Positions 37,253-47,899 of a stretch of 64,000 nucleotides of DNA are shown one piece after another. The notes below the pieces were generated by a model. The model was given only the letters and a program-made list of their open reading frames with translations. It was not told the origin of the DNA and did not search any database. Every line of letters starts with the position of its first letter. The first letter of the stretch is position 1. Source of the DNA: Paragordius varius (lineage: Eukaryota > Animalia > Nematomorpha); NCBI GenBank assembly GCA_964247055.1, contig OZ176050.1, forward strand, positions 12,896,001-12,960,000, given 5' to 3'. Both the position numbers and the translations under genes were made by a program.

Positions 37253-38887
37253 TAATCAAGGTTGTAAAATTATGGTTTTGTTATTTAAAAAAATGTTTAT
37301 TTTATAATCTACGTTTTTTTATTTTACTGCAATATATTTAATAAATACCTAGCTGGCAATTTTATAATAATGGCTGGACAAAATTTTGGTACTGGTTCTT
37401 CGAGGGATTGGGCTGTTAGAGGACCACGTATGCTTGGAATCAATGTACGTTAGTTTTTTATGCCTTTTTTGATCTTTTTAAATTTTTGATTTAAATTAAT
37501 CATATAAGGTTATTTTTATGTTTTCATTACTATTAAAAATATAAAGCAGTTTATTAAAACATAACACTAAACAGTAAATAAATGAAAACATAAAAGGAAG
37601 TTATCGTGCTTTTCCAAAAAAACACTTTTTACTTTATACTTTAATTTTTAGTTTATATTTTAATTTTAGCTGATTTGCAATAATAATACGCATTAGTATA
37701 CGCATTTTCGATCTATGAATATTATATTCTGAATGCATTTTTTCAATATAGTAATAAAGTAATAAATATTCTAAAATAATACATTTGAACACTAATAATT
37801 GTGTTTAACCTCAAAAAAATAATTTCTGTTTTTTCTTTCTTTTTATAGGTTATTGTCGCGAATTCATTTGACCCATCTTACAGAGCCCAATGCGTTTATG
37901 AAGGAATCTACCCATTTACTTCTACTCATGAATTGGGTTATGATAAAACTAAAATTTTAAGTTTGCTACACAATAAAAAAGCTGGCAACACAAAAAGGCT
38001 CACCGGTGTTGGTGAGATTACATGGATTATAAAGAGAAAAGAAATAACTACAGAAACTAGAAATGCGCATTTTACAACGTGTCCAACGTACATTTTTGAG
38101 GTAAGGATTATTATATTATGCCAATTTTTATGAAACAATTTTTGTTTAATATTTTTATTTTTTATGGATTATATTGTATCACTATTTTGAATATCAAAAA
38201 TAATGAAATTATACGGACAAAACCCAAAAATATATAGATAAATGTTTTTCATAAAAGGCAACCATGCTTTTAACTTCATTTTTAAAAAGATAACTCGTTG
38301 TTTTAAATTGCAAATTTTAAATTATATATGTATATTGATTACACAATTATTTATTTATTTACAATTGTAAATAAATAGCTTATATGAGAAACAATAAGGT
38401 TTTAAAAAGTATGGTGGTCTTTTATAAAAAAAATATTTCTCAATATATTTTTACTTTTTGTCCGTATCATTACAGTTTTTAAATGAAATTAAGGATATCT
38501 TATAGGGATACATATTATATTAAAATATTTTATAAGGGTTTCTTTTATTTCGTTAATTATAAATTATCTTTCTTTGTAAATATCTTTGTTTAATACCTAA
38601 TAGATTTTAAAATTGATATTAGACCTTTCTTTTATAATTGCTACTAATTTTAGCATTTCAAAATGTTTTCATGTTTTTTTTAAACAAATATTTATATTTT
38701 TATATAGGCGGTCTGGTTTAAAAATGTCCACACCTCTCAAATGGAGTCAAATTCCCTCACTTCGCTTTTATATTCGTTTGAAGCAAAACTCCAAGTTTTT
38801 GATGAGGAAGAATGGTTACTGTTATCACACGGTGGAACATTAGCTTATAAATTAAAAATGGCACAAAAAAGCACAAATATGGAATAA
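20091..38887 (+). CDS. IREB2: Iron-regulatory protein / cytosolic aconitase family, IRP2-like architecture, 22 exons, ~1375 aa
   Basis: Exons 20091-20187 (alternative ATG 20016), 20214-20352, 20379-20495, 20523-21088, 21172-21493, 23214-23283, 23597-23831, 24283-24491, 25118-25316, 26104-26207, 27472-27638, 28686-28803, 29549-29789, 30170-30292, 30638-30805, 31137-31275, 31634-31924, 32336-32463, 32915-33085, 37353-37444, 37849-38100, 38708-38887; total 4128 nt, in frame. Motifs [76 protein letters not shown]. Family assignment is secure; IRP1 versus IRP2 orthology is inferred. Confidence 0.9.
22707..22992. mobile_element. MITE family B (TIR CAGTAAAAACTGAAATTATACGGACAAAAC, Tc1/mariner-type ends)
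   Basis: ~50-bp inverted termini; four copies in the window; IRP intron. Confidence 0.85.
23935..24190. repeat. Direct tandem duplication (~137 bp x2) in an IRP intron
   Basis: TTAACACCCATTATTC.GTTTTAGTATTTGAGAAAGTATTAATTAAGAAATTTT..AAGAACCGTTGTTCG occurs twice. Confidence 0.9.
24649..24886. mobile_element. MITE family C copy
   Basis: Same TIRs and core; IRP intron. Confidence 0.85.
25275..25740 (+). repeat. Three tandem copies of the IRP exon-9 3' end plus intron start
   Basis: AATACATTCTTGCCCTCAATACCCATACATCGAATCCGG|GTAGG at ~25278, ~25522 and ~25718. Confidence 0.88.
27060..27350. repeat. Dispersed repeat family D (imperfect inverted repeat)
   Basis: ACAAAGATT(A/G)CTTGTAGTA..AGCTAAATTATAA is also present at ~3180-3270 and ~6015-6095, with an inverted partner at ~27125-27190. 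Confidence 0.55.
27895..28548. mobile_element. hAT-type non-autonomous element with 8-bp TSD
   Basis: TIR (C/A)AGGGCTTGGAAC / GTTCCAAGCCCTG; TSD TTTTATTT at 27887-27894 and 28549-28556; multiple subterminal GGAACC(GG) motifs; IRP intron. Confidence 0.9.
29202..29372. mobile_element. Palindromic MITE family A
   Basis: Arms ATGCATTTTAATGG..CACTATAGT / ACTATAGTGTGAAATAAGCAACCATTAAAATGCAT. Shares TTGTTGTTTTTTCCATACACTACTGT with 57104-57264 and ~955-1160. Confidence 0.75.
33150..34198 (-). mobile_element. Degenerate RTE LINE RT/3' fragment in IRP intron 19
   Basis: The minus strand reads [19 protein letters not shown] and 3' RTE motifs, with frameshifts. It is homologous to the adjacent plus-strand copy. 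The left boundary is approximate. Confidence 0.85.
34199..35670 (+). mobile_element. Degenerate RTE LINE reverse transcriptase (frameshifted)
   Basis: [37 protein letters not shown] and YECENW are spread over ORFs 34173, 34475, 34782, 35056 and 35270. Confidence 0.92.
35680..36640 (-). mobile_element. RTE LINE AP-endonuclease/linker fragment
   Basis: The minus strand reads [29 protein letters not shown] and QNQIDYNL, followed by linker. Confidence 0.8.
36690..36900 (+). mobile_element. Second, inverted endonuclease fragment of an RTE LINE
   Basis: The plus strand reads [25 protein letters not shown], the inverted homologue of ~36060-36250. Confidence 0.65.
38196..38482. mobile_element. MITE family B copy (opposite orientation)
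   Basis: TGAAATTATACGGACAAAAC ... TTTTGTCCGTATCATTACAGTTTT; last IRP intron. Confidence 0.8.
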
Positions 38888-39173
38888 ACTTATATGTGAA
38901 AAAAAGTTTTGAAAATAAAAAATATTAAGCATTTACATTCTTAGTTTTTTTTTCTTTTAAAACACATATATAAATGATGGTTAGAGTTTTGTGAATTTGT
39001 CTTGCTCTGCGTAATTTTGCTCATACATACACATTTGTTTATGACATATCACTTCAGCTATGCGCGCTATATTTTTCACATGCAATTTATATATAAATTT
39101 TTATATTTATTTGCGATTGATATCTACTACGTAATCAAAAAAAGGGTAAATTTTGACAGTTTTATGTAATTTA

Positions 39174-39438
39174 TAGTAAAAACTGAAATTATACGGACAA
39201 AACGTAAAAATATAAAGACAAATATTTATTACCAAAAAACAACCATTCTTTTTTTTAACCTTCATTTTTGCCATATTAAGCTATTTAATTACAGTTGTTA
39301 TATATAAAATTGATTGTTGCACCAATTACATATAAATTTTATAAATTGCGATTTTAAAAAAATATGGGGTTTTCTTTTAGAAAAAAATATTTGCCTTTAT
39401 ATTTTTACATTTTGTCCGTATAATTCCAATTTTTACTA
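39174..39438. mobile_element. MITE family B copy
   Basis: Same TIRs; downstream of the IRP stop codon. Confidence 0.85.
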
Positions 39439-39691
39439 TATATTGTGTTTTTGTTTCCAATCACCAATATTTTTTACATGTATTTTGTGTGTCCCAAGTC
39501 ACATAGAAATAAATTTATAACTTAATCTTTTTTTTAGCTTTTTTTGGTTATTTATATAATATATATATATATATATATATATCATAGCATAATAAAATAC
39601 GCCGAGTTGATTCCATCTGATTGAAAGCATTTTTTGTCACGGATTCAATGCAAAAAACCGTTATTTTGCAGTTAAAGATATTTTAAATAAA

Positions 39692-39951
39692 CCATTTAGA
39701 GTTCAAATTCACCCTTGAACAATTTAAATTTACCTTAAAAATAAATTATGTGTTTTCGTACTAATATAACTCTTTATGAATATAAAATATATCTATGGCA
39801 GAGTTTATAATTTCTGTATAATTTTAATTTTAAAACAAAATTTTTATTTTTTAAAAATATATAAAAATATAGGTAATTTTTAATCTCAAAAAACATAATT
39901 TATTTGAGAGTTAATTTGAATGGTTTGAGGAAGAATTTGAATTGTTGAGGG
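39692..39951. mobile_element. MITE family C copy
   Basis: Same left TIR and core, eroded right end; intergenic between IRP and DHFR. Confidence 0.8.
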
Positions 39952-40497
39952 TATATAACATTTTAACCGTTTTTTATCTCAAAATCATTTGCTAACCAAT
40001 CCTGATGTTTATGAACAATAAAAAATTTTCTACTTTTATCGATGGCTACTTGGTACGCCAGTAGTTTTGGTTATTAATTTTAGTATTAAAAAGTCAATCA
40101 ATAATCACTTAACATAAATGTTAATGTTTTGTTTAACTTTAAACCTTATTATACAATATTATAGAGTAGTATAAAACTGGGTTAATATACAATCGCAAAT
40201 ATATATATATATATCTTATCGGAAAATGTAAGGTAAAAAACACAGATTATTATAAAACAATTGAAAAAAATGCATTTAAAATCAATAAAAAACAAACAAT
40301 ATATAAAATGATAAAAAATATAAATTTATTGATAATTGTTGTTTGCATACATGATTGTCTTTATCTAAAATTCCATTGATACATAAATATATGATGATAA
40401 AAAGTGGATAGTGTTAAAAATGATTGATAAAAATTCATTTTTTAAGTAAAAATTTTACAATAATTTAAGTGAAAATAAATATTTTTGCGATAATTGT

Positions 40498-41575
40498 TTA
40501 ATAAGCCTTCAACTTATCATATATTTCTAGTTTCCAGTCGGTGTCATCTTCGCGGACACCGTATAAATATATTTCAGGACATTTGTCGCACCTATAAGAA
40601 ATAATGATAAATAATATTTATCACTAAAAGACAAGCAAAATTGATTTTTGACTTAAAATGAAATTTTTTGATTCGGTACATTGAAATATGATTAAAAAGT
40701 CCCGATTTGATTGTTCTTATATTATAAACTATAACTTTTATTTAGAAAATTATGTTAAAAAATCTGTTTTTTGAAAGCCGTAAATTTATAAAATTTGCAT
40801 AATTTCGGGGATTAAAAAAAACTTTTTTTACTAAAATGTTGACTTACTTTCCCAAAGTAAAATCTTCGGGGTTAAAGTTTGGGAAAAATCGATCGCAATC
40901 ATAATCTTTCATGATGCGGGTCAAATACATGCGTGTAAAACGGTCATTTAACAATGCATCCTATATCATAATATCACAAAATAAAAATATTATTTCCAAT
41001 ACAAAAAAATATTTTAATATAATTATTCAAGAGTTTTTTATCCAAATAATACTTTATAAACGCCCTCCCCGCCTATGGCATAAATTGTTTCAACTTCGTC
41101 GCTATACGGTTCAATACTTAATTTATCTAGGGCTTCTTGAAGAGTTTGGGCAATGAAATCGGCTCCAGGAGGTGGTTCTCTGAATAATGAAGTAAAAAAA
41201 ATAAAAATATATTTAACGTTTTTACAAATTAAATAAAGCATTCGTTTACTGTAGGGTATTGCTTAGTATGACATTAATCCGGTTTTTGAGAGGGCGATGA
41301 TTTTCTGGCAAGGATTCCCAAGTGTTTCTTCCCATAATAACTGCATTTCTTTTATCTATTTTTTGAATATTGATAAATATAAAATTATTGGCGTAAAAAC
41401 AAAATATAAGATTACTTTTGTCATGAGTTAAAGATGTTACACGGGTAAAATGACCAAATTCTTCTCTAAAAATTACAAAATCGTAAAAGTACTTTAGATG
41501 CCAAGGGAGTTGATTATTGATACCTATACCACCGTTTGGAGATACGGCAGCAATAATGTGCAAGGGTGCAGACAT
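40498..41575 (-). CDS. DHFR: Dihydrofolate reductase, monofunctional, 6 exons, 190 aa
   Basis: Exons 41493-41575, 41416-41465, 41250-41355, 41053-41179, 40848-40960, 40498-40591 (573 nt). Motifs GIGINNQLPWHL, NAVIMGRNTWESLP, RPLKNRINVILS, IGGEGVY, YLTRI and CDRFFP. Confidence 0.96.
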
Positions 41576-42099
41576 CAATCGGCGAATCAGCTTGTTGTAA
41601 ACAAAAAATAGTTTCAATATGTGTATTCTTATTTTATAAAAAAGTGTGCATTTTTAATTAGGAAATTTATTTATGCAATTTAGTAAAATAAAAATTATAT
41701 TAGTTAAATTCTGTCCTTTTTGCTTATCTAAAAAACTTGCTAATCATTAATATTGAATTGTTTGATCATTTTATTTTTTATATAACAACAAATAAATTAA
41801 TATAATTTTCTCGATTCATATTTTTTATAAGTTGATTTTGATTTCAGTGTGTTAACAGTATAATAAAAATATATATGCCTTACTAGTGTTTTATAAAACA
41901 CAAGAGGTAAAACTATATAGATTACCCTTGTAAAATATTACAGAAAATCGTGGGTACTTGAATTATTTTTATCTAATTAATGGCCATACCAAAAAATAAT
42001 TTCTGTATATTTTCATAAGAAAAAAGTTTCAATAGGAATATTTTGAAACATTAAAATATTTTTTAAACGAACCTATAATAAAACTTTTACATACAATAA

Positions 42100-42800
42100 A
42101 AATTGAATGGGAGAGTTGAGTTAGAAACATATCATGATTTTCTTCCTAATTAGAAGTAATTCAAAACCCTTATAGTTCTCACAGTAGAATTAGAAGCGCA
42201 TATCGGAGGTATCTCTGTTTGTAATCTGGTACGCCGACGATACGGTTTACCTCCCAGAACTACTTATGGTATATTAATGGAAATACTCATCATCAAAATT
42301 CGAGGAATTCGAATTCAAACCCATTTAAGCTAAATAATAGTTTTTACAACACCGCCCAGTTACCTTTGACACGCTAACACTCTATTGATCTAACCGATCG
42401 CTGCGATTTGGGGTCATCATTGCATTTGAGTCTGGTATTCCGACATCCGGGCACGTCTTGGTGTGCAATCAAGACAAACCAACCAAATTTAAAAACTGTT
42501 CCGTGATAAAACTATTAACCAAACGGCGCTTGTCTATCTGTCACTATGGGTCTGAATCATGGATATTTAAATCCATTGATAAGGCCTGCATACTCGTTTT
42601 AATGCCGCTTTCGATATATTCTGGGAATTTTTCGGGAAGCCCACATCTCTATTATCTTAACCCCATTAACCCCGATTGCTCACTAAATTAAAATATCTCC
42701 ATCGCATTCTCTTGACCCTTACAAAGTGCATTATTCTTGGGCTAATCAAATACCTGTAAAAGAGGCCCTCCAAAAGGGAACTCGATATCCTCAAGGCAGT
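42100..42800 (+). mobile_element. Old RTE-like LINE relic
   Basis: WYADDTVYL at ~42228 and HYGSESWIFK at ~42545, with multiple stops and frameshifts. Confidence 0.7.
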
Positions 42801-43789
42801 TGCAACTTACTCATCCTCAAAATATGATGTTCATTGCCTAAAGTGTAAAACACCAATAGAAAGATGAGAAAACTACGCGACTAGCAACACACAGTAAGTT
42901 TTTTAATATTTTTCATCAAACTATTCTTATTTCCCGATTTTTGTAGATTAACTAATTTAATATATAACACCACAAGACAATAAGGCAACATTTTGAATAT
43001 TTATTATTTTAAGTGTTTTGTTTTAAAATATCATACATAAAGTTAATTTTATCGCAAATTATTTATTACCTAATATTGTCTTAGTAAAGCTTTTTTAAAC
43101 CTCGGTAGTTTATACAGTCTCTTATTGAATATCTTTTAAATTTATGACACAATCTTTCTGTTATATTATAAAAATTAAATTTATTTATATCCTTTTCAAT
43201 TCTTAATTTTTTAATTTTTTCGCATTTAAAAAAATATATATATTTAATATTTGGCTGCTTTTTTTAGAGGGTTTATCAACTCTCCAGTTGCAAATATATT
43301 TTTAATGGCGACTTAAAGGCATATACATTTTTACAATTAATTATATAAAAAATTCAAATAATACTAATACTATATTTTAATCGTCATCGGGCCAAAGTCG
43401 TTAAAGGATAATTGATCATATTGAAAATTGTTATAAGCAAAATGTCATTTTAATAGTATTTTATTAGCGTCACTGGACTGTAGAAATAGACTTTATACCA
43501 CCAACAGTACTATTTTATTCTTTTGTTACTACTGGATGTTTGCTTATAGAAATTGTTTTAATTTGATCAATTAGCTGTCTAGTATGATATCTGCCCTCAG
43601 GATACAATATAATTCTTATAAAAAATTCGGATTTTTTATTGCTCATTTTGTTATTGTACTCATTGTAAATCATAGATATTTGCATTTTACTGTGCGGGTT
43701 ATCAAAACGATTTTAGCATCATTCAATCATTCAAACACATTAACTAGTATATTAAGATATAAAAAAATTTATTTTGAACTTTTACAAAC

Positions 43790-45700
43790 GTATATATTTT
43801 CAGTTATCTCTGGCTGTGTTTTGTTCGACTCCTCTTCGTTAAATTCTGAATAATCTAAATAAAACGATTTGGGATAGAAACCAAAAATAATTTTATTCAA
43901 AACAATTATTGATAATAAATGAATTATATTTACCCAAAGATATTTCATCATCCAGAAAATGTTCCTTAATTTTATCATATATATTTGATTCTCCTATCAA
44001 ATTCTTTTTATCATGTCCGAAAATGTGGTTTATGATATTATTTTCGTGATCTCTTAATTTTACATCTTTGTTTTGATGATTAGGTGTTTTGTCCAACAAT
44101 TTTTGATATATGTTTTCTGTGAGATAGGGACTTTGAGAGATTTCTCTTTCTGCTGTTATATCTAATTAAAATATTAATACCAAATAAATTAACAAACAAT
44201 TTTATATACCATTTACACTTCAAATTCAACCCCTTTGAACATTTCAAATTCATCCCCTTATACAATTCAAATTCAGCCTTGAACAATTCATATTCACCCT
44301 AAAATAAATTTTGTCCTTTTTATTACCTATATTTTTTAATATTTTTAAAAAATTGAAATTTCGTTTGTAATTAAAATAATACTGAAAAAATATAAAGATT
44401 TCTTTCACAGTAATGATAAGTTATATTAGCTGCCCGAAAAAACATTATTTATTTTTAGAGTGAATTTGAATTGTTTAAGGGTATATTTGTATAGTTCGAG
44501 TAATTGTTCAAGGGTGAATAGAATCGTAAATGGTCTATGAGAAGCTCTCAAATTATTTCTTTATTGCTTTAAGGGAATTATTAATTGATAATTGATTTGG
44601 CGTAATACTTGTTCATTTGTAATTTAGTTAGTGTTTATATTTTTAATTCACTTTATACAAGTCCAGCATGATAAATAGGCTAATTAGATATATAGATTAT
44701 TTAACAGCGCAATAAGAATGGATGTCTCTGTAACACGCTTTTTATATTTACAGTCAGCCTTTGAAATCGCATTTTATTTAAATAAAGAATGGATCCTTAG
44801 ACAAAATATTTGTTTGTGATAGGGTTAACTTTAAGTAAATTTATATAAAAAAGGTTTATATAGATACTTTATATTTTGCTGATTTATAGATAATTATAAG
44901 TTTATTACAATTAACCAAAATGACAAATAGAATCAGGTAATATTCAGATGCACTGAGAAGATAATTGAAATTTCTATAAGGAAAATATAACAGGGTTCGA
45001 AAGGAAGGAGTCGTTCAAGAATTAAATGAAAATTCATTGTAAAAGTGAGGCAAAGATTGCATTGCTCAGCCCTCTATCAAAAGACACTAAAATTAAATTT
45101 TTATTGATGTTAAGGGTGTTAAAAATTTATGAACTGCAGCCTTGTAGATGGTGCTAAATATACTTTTTGGTGATTGAAACGGATTATAATAATACTCTCT
45201 TAAAAGCAGCATAAATGCATCCATCAATAAACCTTAAAAAATATACCTGTATTGCATGTTTCTAACGGTGCAATATATCCATCGCTTATTTGACTTTCAA
45301 TGTCACTTATAGAGGTCAATCGATTTTGTAAAAAGGGATTTATCTCCACGGAATCATTTTCGAACCTAACGGGCAGTGAGCAACTTTTTCGTTCAGATCT
45401 TGGGATAATTTTGGGTCGTGGAATTTTATAGGGCACAATGTGCCAAAGTTCCTGAATTTCATAACTTACATTAGAATTATCATTTGAATTAGATAAGGGA
45501 CAATCCTTATCTAAATTTTGTGAATCCAATAACATATGTGATAAATTTTCAATTTTAGCAGCTAAATTAACATTGTTTTCCACCCTTGTATCGGTATTCG
45601 TCATAAGCCTAACTGATTGATTACGATTTTCATTTTCATTATTTATATTATTATTATTCCAAAAAGGAAAGATATCATGGGTGTATTTAGTCAATTTCAT
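43790..45700 (-). CDS. Hypothetical low-complexity (N/S/E-rich) protein; 3' end unresolved
   Basis: Open frame from ATG 45700 to a phase-1 donor near 45250. It can join phase-1 exons at ~43935-44161 and ~43790-43853. No recognisable domain. Confidence 0.45.
44209..44533. mobile_element. MITE family C copy
   Basis: Same TIRs with extra 21-bp units. Confidence 0.85.
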
Positions 45701-47899
45701 TTGTGAATGCAAAAAAGAAAAAAAAACTTAATTTAGGATATAGTGGAAAAAGTTTTAAGCGTGAATAAAAACGTGCAAAATCTATTGTTAATTATTATTT
45801 GTATAGTTCTTTTTTGTGGTTAGTTTTATCCTTCAAAAACGCTAAAAAAACAATTGTTAATTAAAATTAATTTTTACACGAACATAAAAAACGACTAAAA
45901 TTATCATAAAAGAAATTTTGACTTGCAAATGTAAAAAATGATTAAATAATTTTATACGTGCAATAAATAATATGCTACAAATGCGCGAAAAATTAAAAAT
46001 TAATCAATTAATTAATTAATGATAAAAATGGCATTTGATATTGCGCAATATTATTAATTGTTAGTGTATATACCAAATTTAAGTCTGATTTAGCTATTAA
46101 TGTAATATATATATTTTATAACTTTTTTTAAGGTTTTGGTAATGACATTCAAGCTGTATTATTATACATTTTCTCTTTCTTTTCAATAATAATTCGCTTT
46201 ATTCATATATAAAATTATTATTTATTTATTGCATTCTCACCTCTATACCTAATCAAAATTATAAATTTTATTAATTTATTTTACTTACACTATTTAGAAA
46301 GTATATATTTTATGTAATAATAAATCTATCATATTAAATTTCATTAAACTTTTAATTGACAAATTGTAGTCTTTATAGGTAATGTAATGAACTTATAAGC
46401 GCCGAAATATGATATAATAATAATATAATTAATATTTGACGTAATTGAAATATTTTAATATTAAGTAAAAAAAATATTTTTTTAATTCTCTGAACTTAAA
46501 AGACAAATAAGATAAAAATTGTTTTGATATATGTAGTTTTTTTGGTATCAACCCGTTGGAATAAATTAATTTAAAGAAAATTAAATGTACTTTATATATA
46601 TATATATATTATATTGCGGTACTTTGATGATAAGTTGGTTATTATAATATTTAAAATTGGTATGTATCATCCATCCAAAAATAAACATGATAATAAAAAA
46701 ACAAATAAAAATAAATGTAACTTAGAGTTCATATAAAACATTTTATTTTTCGTTTTGTTAAAAAATCCTAGTTTTCTTAATTTCAAGCTTACTAATTTTT
46801 ATACTAAAATATTTGTGGTTGTCGCAATAAAGCTATCTCTATTTTTGTTCTCCACTGAAAAATAACTTTTAAATTTTTCCTTATTAATTGATTAATTTAC
46901 TTTTCATGACTTTTTCTATAGAATACAGTAACATGCTACTAAATATTAAAATATATGTTAATTGATGTTTATTTTGTCGCAAAACATTGTATTAGACACA
47001 GTTATTGGAAGCGCATGTAGAACTCGTTTTAAACTTTAAAATAATTTAATTAATCTGATTGAGTATAATATATTAGGAATATAATTTTACCAGGATATGG
47101 AATAATTTATTAAAGTTTTAAGTATATTACAATTTAACTTACTACACGGTATAAATTGATTTATATTTAGTTAAGCTCATAAATATTAACATTTACTTTT
47201 TTTCTAGGGTAAATTGTTTAATTAGCCTTATAAATTCAAAAATTTTCAAATCCTAAAATAAAATAATTTAATTTTTCTGAAAAAAGTTAAAATACCTTCG
47301 GTGAAAGTCCTGATGTATATATAAATATTTTTTCAGTAATTAGTATCAAAAGCTCTCTTTTTTATGATAAGAAGTTTGTTTTATATGTGTTTCATATCTG
47401 ATAGGTATATAATAAATGAAACTGTATTAAATGCAATTTTGGATGCAAGCCGCGCATCCATTTTAATGATGGCGTGATAGATATGGAATTTGGCTTGGTA
47501 ACTGGTTCTTGTGACACAGCGCCTTTTAACGCAATCTACTTGGTTTACGAATCGATCAAATCTATGGAAAATATATAGTGCACAAAATCTGGGGCCATTA
47601 AAATTATCCAGATTATTAATATTCTCATAAAAAATGTATTTCGTATGGTTTCATTAATTTTAAGGCCTACGCGTTATGGGAAATTTATTTATACATTTGT
47701 TTTAATTGCACAACATCAAAAAATCTCAAAAGTTAGCATTATAGGCAGTTCACAAAACTTATTGATTAAATACATATATACTGCCTGAAAGATGTATCAG
47801 AATTCTCATAACGCCATATCGAAATGTCGCATTTGCGCACATTTAGTAAAGCTAAAGCTATCAAAAATTTTGGTTTTAATATAATAGAGCGCACACAAA

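Noticed and set aside
38888-40497. Possible thymidylate synthase fused downstream of DHFR
   Set aside because: DHFR ends with TAA at 40498 and no TS motifs follow.
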